DNA from: Spirochaetia bacterium
GTDB lineage: Bacteria; Spirochaetota; Spirochaetia; CADAEX01
DNA: 64,000 nucleotides
Assembly: GCA_963662265.2 (NCBI GenBank)
Contig: CAXXHA010000029.1
Span: 96,001 to 160,000, forward strand
Direction: 5' to 3'
The stretch's first letter is position 1. Every line of letters begins with the position of its first letter. The notes beneath the pieces were generated by a model that was not told where the DNA came from, made no database searches, and saw nothing but the letters and a program-made list of their open reading frames with translations. Shown here one piece after another: positions 38,991 to 48,838 of this stretch. The translations under genes were made by a program, and so were the position numbers.

Positions 38991-40859
38991 TCATTTAATA
39001 TCAGTAATTAAATATTCTTCAAGCTTCTCAAGCCTCATCGACTTTGCATAATACCATCCCTGAACAGTTGTGCAGTGTTTCCCCTTGAGATAATTTAGCT
39101 GGAATTCGTTTTCAACCCCTTCTGCCGTAACTTCAATTCCCATTGAATTACCCATTGAAATAACTGCATCTATTATCGGGTAACTGCTCCTGTCAGCTCC
39201 TTCTGAAATTGAATCAACAAAAGTCTTGTCAATTTTCAGGTTATGTATATCCATTTTAAGAAGGTAGCTGAGGCTTGAATAGCCTGTCCCGAAATCATCG
39301 ATTGCTATTCTGAATCCCATTTCTGTCAATTCCTGGATATTCTGGAGAAGAACAGGATCGTTATCCAGCTGAAAACGTTCAGTAACTTCAAATTCAATCA
39401 GGGGGGGGCTGCAGCCGGAAAGTGAAAGTTCTCTTGAAATGAAGTGGATAAAAGTGCTGTCTTTAAGGTCGTGAATTGAAAGGTTTACTGCAAATGTGAA
39501 TTTTTTATCTTGCGGTTTAAAATGCGCCCTGTCTGAAAACACTTTCCTTATTATCCATTTGGTGAGATTTCTGATAATACCGCTTTCCTCGGCAGCCGGA
39601 ATAAAATCTCCCGGTGATACTATGCCGAGTTCCGGGTTAATCCACCTTATGAGGGCTTCAGCGCTGCAGCATCTGTTTTCGCTGATGCATATTTTCGGCT
39701 GGTATTCCATGTGAAATTCACTGTCAAATTCAGATTTATGAAGAGCCTCTGTAAGCCTGTAGATATACTGTTCCTTCATGACAGATTTCTTGTCATGATA
39801 GAGGATATCTCCCGGAGATTTTGATTTTTTATCAAAAAGAGATATCAGGTTGCCTGTAAGCTGGGAAACTGTTGATCCTTCATGAGGAAACCTTGAAACA
39901 GCAATTGCATAGTTTACATAAACATTCCTGTTATTAATCCTGTATACCCTGGATAAGTCTTTAAGCAGAGATGAACATAAAAAATCAAGAGATTTCTTTT
40001 CGGAAATATCGGCGCTTATCATGAAAACTGATCCGCTCCATCTGCCAGAAATATCAGAGCCTGATGAAATTATCCGTTTTGCAGCCTCTTTAAGCACCAT
40101 GTCGCAGTTTTCAGTTCCAATATTATTATTGAGGTTGTTGAAATTCAGTATTTCAATTCCGATAAGACTGAAATATTTATCTGTTAATTTGTTTGCGAAA
40201 CATTTTGTTTTAAGCAGCTGTTCAAGATTACTCCTGTTGGGAAGCCCTGTTATCTGATCTGTAAATGCGAGGTTTATAAGTGATCTTATTACCTTCCTTA
40301 TACAGATAATAGTTGCTGTACTGAGAAGTCCTGAAACAATTATTATAAAGGTAAAAGAAATTCTGTAGTCATAATTATTGAAAAATGATTCTTCCGGGAA
40401 TCCTCCTGCGGCGATTCTTATTACAGTTCCTGCTGCAATAAGCAGGGGCAGTAAAACTCCGAATCTGAAATCAAGAATAAGATAAAAAATAGGGATAATC
40501 GCGAAAATTACCAGGGGCCCCCAAACTGGAAATCCTCCAAGATTGATTATTTCGCCGGCTGCAAGAATTAAAATCCCAGATACAATAATAATCTGGGGCG
40601 GGTAGAGGTTTCTTGTTGCAAGAAAAACAGGAGTTGCTGAAACAAATAAGGCAGCAGATGTATAAAACATTATTTTTATGATGAGTGTATCTGCCGGAAT
40701 AAGAAATAATCTGTATGGTAAAGATAAAAAAAGGGCTGTACAGGATATTATATATATAATCAGAAGCCTGATTTTTGATAGCAGGGGTATAGTATTCCTG
40801 TCTTTTTTTATAAAGAAAAAGAAATCATATAATTTAATTAATTTTTCCCTTTCTGTCAT
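38991..40859 (-). CDS. Membrane-bound EAL phosphodiesterase with a degenerate GGDEF domain
   Basis: About 5-6 TMs; D.ITGLPNR then RWSGSVF in place of GGDEF; YQPK, EALIRW, DDFGTGYSSL, LKID, AEGVE, QGW. Confidence 0.9.
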   Translation of the reverse strand: MTEREKLIKLYDFFFFIKKDRNTIPLLSKIRLLIIYIISCTALFLSLPYRLFLIPADTLIIKIMFYTSAALFVSATPVFLATRNLYPPQIIIVSGILILAAGEIINLGGFPVWGPLVIFAIIPIFYLILDFRFGVLLPLLIAAGTVIRIAAGGFPEESFFNNYDYRISFTFIIIVSGLLSTATIICIRKVIRSLINLAFTDQITGLPNRSNLEQLLKTKCFANKLTDKYFSLIGIEILNFNNLNNNIGTENCDMVLKEAAKRIISSGSDISGRWSGSVFMISADISEKKSLDFLCSSLLKDLSRVYRINNRNVYVNYAIAVSRFPHEGSTVSQLTGNLISLFDKKSKSPGDILYHDKKSVMKEQYIYRLTEALHKSEFDSEFHMEYQPKICISENRCCSAEALIRWINPELGIVSPGDFIPAAEESGIIRNLTKWIIRKVFSDRAHFKPQDKKFTFAVNLSIHDLKDSTFIHFISRELSLSGCSPPLIEFEVTERFQLDNDPVLLQNIQELTEMGFRIAIDDFGTGYSSLSYLLKMDIHNLKIDKTFVDSISEGADRSSYPIIDAVISMGNSMGIEVTAEGVENEFQLNYLKGKHCTTVQGWYYAKSMRLEKLEEYLITDIK

Positions 40860-40907
40860 ATATCAGATTTTATTATACACAGGGGAAAAATAAAACATAT
40901 TATTTTT

Positions 40908-41501
40908 TTAATTGAGATAATTTCTGATTCCTGAGAATACCATTTCCGCAGATATTGCTGAAAGTATAAGTCCTGTTATTCTGCTCAGTATTGAAAGTCC
41001 TTTTTGCTTAAGTATTTTTTCTATCCATGGTGAAACAAAGAGTGTGAGACCCAGGAAAAATACAGAAAGTCCCAGGGCTGTAAAACCTGTAATATATCCT
41101 TCGGGAGTGCTGAATTCTGAACCAAGTACCATCAGAATACCTGTTGTGCCAGGGCCGACAGTTATTGGAATTGCAAGCGGAACAACAGAGATATCATTTC
41201 CCTCAACAGTTTTGGATTGTGCGCTGTTGCCTCTTACAAGGTCTACCGCGCTTAAAAAGAGTATGGCACCAGCACCGATCCTGAATGCATCTATTGTTAT
41301 GCTGAAAAGGTTGAAAATCGCATTTCCGCCGAAAAATATCACAGTACAGATTACTTCCACTGCAAGTGTTGTTTTAAGGACAAGGACAATCTTTTCTCTG
41401 AATGTATAATCCGATGTATAAGACAGAAACATTGTTACTACAAAAAAAGGTGTAAAGATGAAATACAGCTGCAGAGTCATTGTAATTATTTTATTCAGCA
41501 T
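40908..41501 (-). CDS. MarC family membrane protein
   Basis: FRIGAGAILF, VVPLAIPITVGPG, SRITGLIL. Confidence 0.9.
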   Translation of the reverse strand: MLNKIITMTLQLYFIFTPFFVVTMFLSYTSDYTFREKIVLVLKTTLAVEVICTVIFFGGNAIFNLFSITIDAFRIGAGAILFLSAVDLVRGNSAQSKTVEGNDISVVPLAIPITVGPGTTGILMVLGSEFSTPEGYITGFTALGLSVFFLGLTLFVSPWIEKILKQKGLSILSRITGLILSAISAEMVFSGIRNYLN

Positions 41502-41636
41502 TTATATCCTCCTTTATATTTTAATAACATTAAACTGACCCCTGTATCAATAATACAGGGAAAAAGAGGGAAAATATTTTATTTTCCGATTATAATAAGA
41601 AAGTATAAGTATTATGTGCTGATGGAAAGGGTATTT

Positions 41637-42065
41637 ATGAAAAGAATCAATAAAACACTTGTAATAAAATTTGTCATTATTTCAGTAATTATTTTTACAA
41701 CGGGATCATGTTCTTCTGCAGGATCAGTTCATAAAAAACTGATAGGGAAGTGGAAAGTTGAACTTGCAGAGTTTTCTACAGGGGAAACTGTTAAAGATCC
41801 TGATATGATTATTGAGTTTCTGGATACAGAATATATTGTATATACAAAAGGAGAGGAAAATTTCTCTCTTCATTATCAGGTGAAAAAAGATTATATAAGT
41901 TTTTATCTTGAAACATTCTGGAAAGGTCAGAAGCAGGGGGAAAGGCTTCATTTTGACGGAGATGACAATTTACGTCTTGAGCTGTCTGATGAACTGAATG
42001 GAGTCAGGATTGATCTCAAATACTATCTTGTGAGAATTGTTGAAGATGATTCTGAGGCAAAGTAA
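41637..42065 (+). CDS. Putative lipoprotein, lipocalin-like
   Basis: Lipobox TGSC, 'LIGKWK' motif. Confidence 0.6.
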   Translation: MKRINKTLVIKFVIISVIIFTTGSCSSAGSVHKKLIGKWKVELAEFSTGETVKDPDMIIEFLDTEYIVYTKGEENFSLHYQVKKDYISFYLETFWKGQKQGERLHFDGDDNLRLELSDELNGVRIDLKYYLVRIVEDDSEAK

Positions 42066-42077
42066 TCTGTATATCTA

Positions 42078-42106
42078 TTGATGAAAACCTGTTAAGTAAA
42101 TAAAAT
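42078..42106 (+). promoter_or_regulatory. sigma70-like promoter, probably leaderless
   Basis: TTGATG(42078-42083)-17 nt-TAAAAT(42101-42106), 6 nt before ATG 42113. Confidence 0.55.
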
Positions 42107-42112
42107 GCTGAT

Positions 42113-42466
42113 ATGGCAACAAAAAAAAGAATACTGGATTTTATACTTGGACAGATTGAGATAGAAAGAGACGGTTATATAACATATACAAAGAAATTTG
42201 GTAAATATGTTTTTACTTTCAATGGTGAAATATTTGCCCGTATTGTTGATAAAACACTGTATCTGACGGGAACTAATGCAGGGCGGAATTTTCTGAGAAA
42301 TCCTGTAAAGGGTACTCCGTACAAGAATGCTGATCAGCATTTCATAATTTCTGAAGAACAGTACAGCGACAGTGAATGGTTCAGCACCCTTGTTGATATG
42401 ACTATTGAAGAAATACTTTCAAAAAAACCTTATTTAAAAAGACACAGGCATGATGATGATCTGTAG
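42113..42466 (+). CDS. TfoX/Sxy N-terminal domain protein
   Basis: MAT..LDFILGQ..ITYTKKFGKY..NGEIFARIVDKTLYL..T.AGR..PY pattern. Confidence 0.75.
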   Translation: MATKKRILDFILGQIEIERDGYITYTKKFGKYVFTFNGEIFARIVDKTLYLTGTNAGRNFLRNPVKGTPYKNADQHFIISEEQYSDSEWFSTLVDMTIEEILSKKPYLKRHRHDDDL

Positions 42467-42679
42467 AAAAATATGCAGAATAATAATTCAGAAATATTAT
42501 AACAGATAACATAAAAAAATATTATTTACAAAACAATATATATAAGAAAATGGAATAATATTTCCAAATGAAAATAAAATGAAAAAATAATTGTTGACTG
42601 CTCACTTTTGCTGTTTTAAACTTCCGAAAAAGGTATGAAGAATATAAATTTATTCTCGCCTGTAAAGGAGTTTTTAAAA

Positions 42680-43831
42680 ATGAAAAAAATCTTACTTTTA
42701 ATGCTGGCACTGGTAGTTATTTTTCCTGTGGCTGTTTTTTCCGGCGGCTCAAAAGAAAAGAAAGAAGTTCCTGTAGAGAAGGAAGAACCGGTAGAAGAAT
42801 ATTCCTATGACAAACTGGTTGAACTGGCTAAGGCAGAAGGAGAGCTTGTTGTATATGATACATCAAGCAAGATTGTTCCAATCGGCAAGGCTTTTCAGGA
42901 AAAATACGGCATAACAGTAAAAGCAACAAAGATGAAAAACCCCGAACAGGTTGAGAGAGTAAAAAGGGAAGTTGATGCCGGTAATATCCAGGTTGATGTC
43001 GTCGGTTTGAGTGACGGCCCTATTATTGTGAATGAACTTATTCCGCAGGGATATCTTGAAAACTGGATACCTCCTGATTTCAAGGACAGAATACCAAAAG
43101 AATTCCATTATCCTCTTACTTACCGTGTAGGACAGAAGACTTTCGGATACAACTTTGAATCATATGACAAGTGTCCTGTAACAAATATCTGGCAGCTGAC
43201 AGAACCAGAATGGAAAGGAAAGGTTTTCACCAATGACCCTGCTGCAAACCCGACTCTTCTGGGATTTTTTGTTGCAATGACAAAACCTGAAAATGCGGAA
43301 AAACTTGCTAAAGCATATGAAAAGCTTTACGGGAAAAAAATAATTCTTGAAGAGGAAAATGCGGGATGGGAATTCCTTTTGAGATTGTTCAGAAATAATC
43401 CTGTAATTATGAAGTCTGATGGAGATGTTGCAGAAGCTGTAGGTGCTCCGGGACAGGAAAAAGCTCCTGTAGGATTCTATACTTATGCGAAGCAGAGAGG
43501 CAATGAAGATGGTCTTAAACTGGCAGTAGCTTTTGATATAGCGCCTTTTATCGGATTTGCAAGCGGAACATATGCCAACCCGGTTAAAGGGTGTAAACAT
43601 CCCAATGCTGCAAAACTGTTTGTAAGATTTCTTCTTACAGAAGAAGGTATTAAGCCTCACATGAAGAAAATTGGTGTTTATTCACCGAATCCAGATATTC
43701 CTGTTCACAAGGATGATGATCTTGGATCATGGAATGCATGGAGCAAATACATGATAGTTCTTGATGATGAGCTGACATGGAAAATCGGACAGGATGTTCT
43801 TGATCTCTGGCTGATCACTGTTGGTAAATAA
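42680..43831 (+). CDS. ABC transporter solute-binding protein (Fe3+/AfuA-like family)
   Basis: AAGGAG RBS, 'FSGGSKE' signal, AKAEGELVVY, EWKGK, HPNAAKLFVRFLL; TTGACT-17-TAAACT promoter upstream. Confidence 0.88.
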   Translation: MKKILLLMLALVVIFPVAVFSGGSKEKKEVPVEKEEPVEEYSYDKLVELAKAEGELVVYDTSSKIVPIGKAFQEKYGITVKATKMKNPEQVERVKREVDAGNIQVDVVGLSDGPIIVNELIPQGYLENWIPPDFKDRIPKEFHYPLTYRVGQKTFGYNFESYDKCPVTNIWQLTEPEWKGKVFTNDPAANPTLLGFFVAMTKPENAEKLAKAYEKLYGKKIILEEENAGWEFLLRLFRNNPVIMKSDGDVAEAVGAPGQEKAPVGFYTYAKQRGNEDGLKLAVAFDIAPFIGFASGTYANPVKGCKHPNAAKLFVRFLLTEEGIKPHMKKIGVYSPNPDIPVHKDDDLGSWNAWSKYMIVLDDELTWKIGQDVLDLWLITVGK

Positions 43832-43867
43832 AACCTGATAATTAAACTAAATTAAAGGATCTTTTAT

Positions 43868-45685
43868 ATGTTTTTTCATAAAAACGATCAAAGTCTTGCC
43901 CTGTGGGCAAGACATCGTTATAACAGGCTTCGCAGTGATCCTACACCAATCATTGCTCTGCTTCTTGTTGCAGCACTTACATATCTGGTGCTTGGCCCCC
44001 TTATTGCCCTTGTTACCGAGGGGTTCAGAACCCAGTTCAGGGATGTTGCTCGTATCGGAAGTGAAGAGGGGTCTCTGACATTGTATTATTTTCAGAGAGT
44101 CTTCACATCAAGAATAAGCAAGACAATATTCTGGCTGCCTCTTCAGAGAACACTGATGCTTGCGGTAGTAACCCTGACAGGATCAATCCTTCTCGGTTTT
44201 GTTCTTGCATGGATTCTCGTCAGAACAGACTGTCCAGGATCATCCGCGTTCAGTAAAATGATGATACTTCCATATATCATACCTTCATGGACATTTGCCC
44301 TCGCGTGGATAACAATATTTAAAAACCGGAAAATAGCAGGGTCCATGGGAATTGCAGAAACACTTGGTTTCACGCCACCTGACTGGCTTGCATACGGTTT
44401 TATACCGATTGCAATAACTCTGATGTTCAGTCTTTTTTCATTGTCGTTTTTATTGTTTGCAAGTTCACTTCAGACAGTCGATGTACAGCTTGAAGAATCA
44501 GCAAGGATGGTTGGAACAAAAAGGCATGTAATAATGACAAGAATACTCATGCCTATGCTGCTTCCTGCGCTTATGTCTTCAGGTCTTCTTATTGTATCAA
44601 GAACAATAGGATCTTTCGGAACACCATATCTTCTCGGATCACCAATCAAGTATACGCTTCTGTCCACTACACTCTATGGAGCAGTTCAGAGAAGTGAACA
44701 GGGAATTGCAAGTATTCTGACTCTGGTGATCGTACTTATTGGTATGTCTGCAGTTGCTGTTGATATATTTTTTGTTAAGGAAGCAAGAAGATTTGTTACT
44801 GTTTCTGGAAAAGGATCATTTCAGAACAGACAGAAGCTTGGAGTTTTCAAGTATCCTGTTTATATGTTTGTAGTGGTAATTGTACTGATATCAATAGTAC
44901 TTCCTATTCTTGCGCTTATGATATCAACAGTGTCGTTAAGGATGGGAGTCTTTACTCTGGACAATTTTACACTTGACTACTGGATAGGGAAATCAATACC
45001 AAGGCTTGCAGGGCTGTCAGGAATACTCCGGAATCCTGATGTACTGATGTCTGTTTATAACAGCGTGAGAATTGTTTCTGTTGTAGCGCTTCTTTCAGGA
45101 TGCCTTGGAACATTTATTGGTTATGTTTCAGTAAAATATTCAGGAACAAGGATTGCGTCATATCTGAAACAGCTTTCATTCCTTCCTTACATAATTCCGG
45201 CAATTGGTTTCGGAGCAGCATATCTTACTCTTTTCGCTGTAAGAAGGGGACCGATACCGAGTCTTTACGGAACAATGGGGCTGATAATACTTGCCATGTC
45301 AATCAAATATCTCCCTTTTGCTGCCCGGACCGGAACTGCCGCAATGATGCAGCTGGGTAAAGAGCCGGAAGAGGCTGCTATGATTTGCGGCGCTCCATGG
45401 AGACAGAGATTTTTTAAAATAGTTGTACCAATTCTTAAAAAGACACTTGTTACAGGTATAATCCTTCCTTTCATTTCAGGGATGAAAGAACTTGTTCTTA
45501 TAATTTTCCTTGCAACACCAGGACTTGAAATGATGACTACACAGGTGCTGCGGTATATAGATTATGGATACACACAGATGGCAAATGCTGTAACAGTAGT
45601 TATAGTTTTTGTAATTTTAGTACTTACACTCCTGCTGCAGAAAATTACAGGCAGCGGTATTACCAGCGGATTAAAAGGAAGTTGA
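43868..45685 (+). CDS. ABC transporter permease with two fused TMDs (FbpB/AfuB-like)
   Basis: Two EAA loops (LEESARMVG, PEEAAMICGA). Confidence 0.92.
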   Translation: MFFHKNDQSLALWARHRYNRLRSDPTPIIALLLVAALTYLVLGPLIALVTEGFRTQFRDVARIGSEEGSLTLYYFQRVFTSRISKTIFWLPLQRTLMLAVVTLTGSILLGFVLAWILVRTDCPGSSAFSKMMILPYIIPSWTFALAWITIFKNRKIAGSMGIAETLGFTPPDWLAYGFIPIAITLMFSLFSLSFLLFASSLQTVDVQLEESARMVGTKRHVIMTRILMPMLLPALMSSGLLIVSRTIGSFGTPYLLGSPIKYTLLSTTLYGAVQRSEQGIASILTLVIVLIGMSAVAVDIFFVKEARRFVTVSGKGSFQNRQKLGVFKYPVYMFVVVIVLISIVLPILALMISTVSLRMGVFTLDNFTLDYWIGKSIPRLAGLSGILRNPDVLMSVYNSVRIVSVVALLSGCLGTFIGYVSVKYSGTRIASYLKQLSFLPYIIPAIGFGAAYLTLFAVRRGPIPSLYGTMGLIILAMSIKYLPFAARTGTAAMMQLGKEPEEAAMICGAPWRQRFFKIVVPILKKTLVTGIILPFISGMKELVLIIFLATPGLEMMTTQVLRYIDYGYTQMANAVTVVIVFVILVLTLLLQKITGSGITSGLKGS

Positions 45686-45687
45686 TT

Positions 45688-46773
45688 ATGGCGGAAATAA
45701 AGATAAAAAATCTAGTAAAGAAATTTCACGGAAGTGTTAAAGCAGTTGATTCGTTATCACTAACTATTGAAGATGGGGAATTTGTAAGCTTCCTTGGCCC
45801 ATCCGGCTGCGGAAAAACCACTACGCTGCGTATGCTTGCAGGGCTTGAAGAACCTACATCAGGGGCAATCAGCCTTGATGATACGGTTTTTTATTCATCG
45901 GGAACAGGCGATTATGTTCCGACAGAGAAAAGAAACATGGGCCTGGTTTTTCAGAGCTATGCGTTATGGCCTCATATGACTGTCAGGGACAATATCAAAT
46001 TCGGGCTTGTTCAGCAGAATGTTCCGAAAAATGAACAGAAGGAGAGGATAGATAATGTTCTTAAGCTTCTGCAGATTGAAAACCTCGGAAAGAGGTATTC
46101 ATTCCAGATATCAGGTGGACAGCAGCAGAGGGTTGCTCTTGCAAGAATGCTGGCACTCAGGCCCAATGTTCTTCTTCTTGATGAACCTCTTTCAAACCTC
46201 GATGCTCAGCTTAGAATAGAAATGAGGTCCGAACTGAAAAGACTTCATAAAAAACTCGGCAATACAACAATTTTTGTTACACATGATCAGCTCGAGGCAA
46301 TGACTCTGTCAACAAGGATTGCTGTTATGAGTGAAGGGAAACTTCAGCAGTATGGTACGCCGCTTGAAATATACAGAAAACCTGCAAATCTTTTTGTAGC
46401 GAAGTTTGTTGGAAGTCCTCCTGTAAATATAATAACAAAAGATATATCATCCGGACTCTTTGACTCTGCAATAAAATATCTTAAAGAGTCAGGTCTGGGC
46501 GATGCTGCTGAAAAAACTGTTTATATCGGGCTGCGTCCTGAAAAAACAAAAGTAAATGAGTCTGTAAGCGGAAGCTGGAAAGTTGAAGCGACAGTTGCGG
46601 CCATGCTCCCAACTGGACCTGAATGGATTCTTCAGACAGAGTCTGACAAAACATTTTTTTATTCAAGCATAAGCAAAGACCCTGACTTTGAAGCAGGGGA
46701 TAAATGCAGTATGGAATATCTTAAAGAAGATTTTCTCCTTTTTGACAGGGATGAAAAACGGATAGATTTCTGA
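45688..46773 (+). CDS. ABC transporter ATP-binding protein (FbpC/PotA-like)
   Basis: GPSGCGKTT, FQSYALWPH, ISGGQQQR, LDEPLSNLD. Confidence 0.95.
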   Translation: MAEIKIKNLVKKFHGSVKAVDSLSLTIEDGEFVSFLGPSGCGKTTTLRMLAGLEEPTSGAISLDDTVFYSSGTGDYVPTEKRNMGLVFQSYALWPHMTVRDNIKFGLVQQNVPKNEQKERIDNVLKLLQIENLGKRYSFQISGGQQQRVALARMLALRPNVLLLDEPLSNLDAQLRIEMRSELKRLHKKLGNTTIFVTHDQLEAMTLSTRIAVMSEGKLQQYGTPLEIYRKPANLFVAKFVGSPPVNIITKDISSGLFDSAIKYLKESGLGDAAEKTVYIGLRPEKTKVNESVSGSWKVEATVAAMLPTGPEWILQTESDKTFFYSSISKDPDFEAGDKCSMEYLKEDFLLFDRDEKRIDF

Positions 46774-46888
46774 TTCCGATGATATTTACATTCTTTGAAA
46801 GAAATTATATAGAAATATCTAATAAAATAAAAAATTAACTACCAGCTATGCTGGTAAATCTGGAAGGGTTTTACGGCTCATCCATTAT

Positions 46889-46918
46889 AAAATCCTCCTG
46901 AAATAAAGGGGGATTTTT
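46889..46918 (+). terminator. Intrinsic terminator-like hairpin after the ABC operon
   Basis: AAAATCCTCC...GGGGGATTTTT. Confidence 0.6.
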
Positions 46919-47064
46919 CATCATAAGACAGTTTTTGAAAGTGGATGCAACTTTAACAAATAATAGAAATATTGTATTATCACAGAAATTTTTACATATT
47001 CCGGTTATCAAATAAATATTTATCCGGATATTACTGAATAAAAAATAATTAAGCGGGAAAATAT

Positions 47065-48681
47065 ATGGTAAATGTCTCAGGGTTAAGAGTTACTCTTGGT
47101 GAAAGAGTGCTTTTTAATAATGAAAACTTTCTGATAAGGAAAAATGACAGGATAGGCCTTGTCGGGCCGAACGGTTCGGGGAAATCAACAATATTCAAGG
47201 TTATTACAGGCAGGGAAAAACCTGATGACGGGGTGATAGCTGTTGATCCAGGTACTGTCATAGGGTATTTCAGCCAGGATGTCGGTGAAATGGGGGGAAG
47301 GAGCGCACTTGAAGAGGTTCTTTCCGGCGCAGGTAAAATATCGGAAATCGGGGAGGAACTGGGCAGGATAGAGCATCTTTTTTCAGAGCCCATGGATGAT
47401 GAAGAGATGGACAGGGTGATGAGCAGGTACGGGGAACTACAGGCTGAGTTCCAGGATGCAGGCGGTTATGAACTTGAAACAAATGCGAAGACTATACTTT
47501 CGGGTCTTGGGATAGGTGAAGACAGGTGGGATAATCCTGCCGAGTCTTTCAGCGGAGGCTGGAAGATGAGAATTGAGCTTGCAAAAATACTCCTTTTGAA
47601 TCCTGATCTGTTATTAATTGATGAACCGACAAATCACCTGGATATGGAATCCATAGTGTGGCTTGAAAGCTGGCTCAAGAATTTTAAGGGTGCAATTGTG
47701 ATGACAAGCCATGACAGGGAATTCATGACCAGACTCTGTTCCCGTACCATAGAGACGGCCGCAGGTGCAGTTACAACCTATTCCGGTGATTATGAATTTT
47801 ACCTGAGGGAACGGGAAATACGGCGTGAGCAGCTTATAGCATCTTTCAAAAGGCAGCAGGCAATGCTTGCAAAGGAAGAGGAATTTATTGCCAAATTTGC
47901 AGCCCGGGCATCTCATGCGGCACAGGTACAGTCCAGGGTAAAGACAATTGAAAAAATAGATAGGATTGTTGTTCCGCCGGATCAGAAAATAATGAAGCTG
48001 AAACTTCCTGAATGCAGAAGAAGCGGAGATATTGTTGTAAGCATGGAAAAACTTGCAAAAAGCTGGACAATGAATAACGGGGAAGAACTGAACGTTTTCA
48101 GAGGAATAACTGGTGTTGTTGAAAGACAGAACAAGATAGCTGTTACAGGAGTAAACGGAGCAGGGAAATCAACACTCTTAAAAGTCATAACAGGGCAGAC
48201 TGATGCAACTGAAGGCAGCAGTACTCTCGGCGGAAGTGTGGAAACAGGCTATTTCAGCCAGTATTCTTCTGATATTCTTGACCCTGAAAAGACAATATAT
48301 GAAGAAGTGCATTCAAGGATACCGAATGAGACAAAAGGTTATGTCATGAATCTTCTGGGTTCTTTTCTGTTTTCCGGCGATGATGTTGATAAAAAGATTT
48401 CAGTACTCTCAGGAGGGGAAAAAAGCCGGGTTATGCTTGCTCTTCTTTTCTCACAGCCTCTTAATTTCCTGGTCCTTGATGAGCCTACAAACCATCTTGA
48501 TATTGCAAGCAGGGAGGTGCTTCTGAATGCTCTCAGGGATTTTGAAGGTACTGTAATGGTTGTAAGTCATGACAGGTATTTTCTCAGGAATTTTGTAAAC
48601 CGGGTTTTTGAAATTGATCATGGCAAAATGAATATTTTCGAAGGCGATTATAACTATTACCAGGAAAAGAAAGAGGAATAA
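47065..48681 (+). CDS. ABC-F family ATPase (translation-associated)
   Basis: Two ABC cassettes (GPNGSGKST/FSGGWKMR/DEPTNHLD; GVNGAGKST/LSGGEKSR), no TM domains. Confidence 0.95.
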   Translation: MVNVSGLRVTLGERVLFNNENFLIRKNDRIGLVGPNGSGKSTIFKVITGREKPDDGVIAVDPGTVIGYFSQDVGEMGGRSALEEVLSGAGKISEIGEELGRIEHLFSEPMDDEEMDRVMSRYGELQAEFQDAGGYELETNAKTILSGLGIGEDRWDNPAESFSGGWKMRIELAKILLLNPDLLLIDEPTNHLDMESIVWLESWLKNFKGAIVMTSHDREFMTRLCSRTIETAAGAVTTYSGDYEFYLREREIRREQLIASFKRQQAMLAKEEEFIAKFAARASHAAQVQSRVKTIEKIDRIVVPPDQKIMKLKLPECRRSGDIVVSMEKLAKSWTMNNGEELNVFRGITGVVERQNKIAVTGVNGAGKSTLLKVITGQTDATEGSSTLGGSVETGYFSQYSSDILDPEKTIYEEVHSRIPNETKGYVMNLLGSFLFSGDDVDKKISVLSGGEKSRVMLALLFSQPLNFLVLDEPTNHLDIASREVLLNALRDFEGTVMVVSHDRYFLRNFVNRVFEIDHGKMNIFEGDYNYYQEKKEE

Positions 48682-48838
48682 AACGGATCTGGAAATGTGA
48701 AATAAGCTTTATCAGCATTCTGTATTCAACAACAAATCGAGATATAAAGCATTACATCTTAAAAGACATTTAAATTAAACCCATTATAATAAGCTGATCA
48801 AAAAAACATATTGTATGAAGCCGGGAGTAATACATGAA

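Noticed and set aside
46836-46856. IS200/IS605-like end hairpin TACCAGC-TAT-GCTGGTA
   Set aside because: Resemblance only; short, with no tnpA/tnpB or second end nearby
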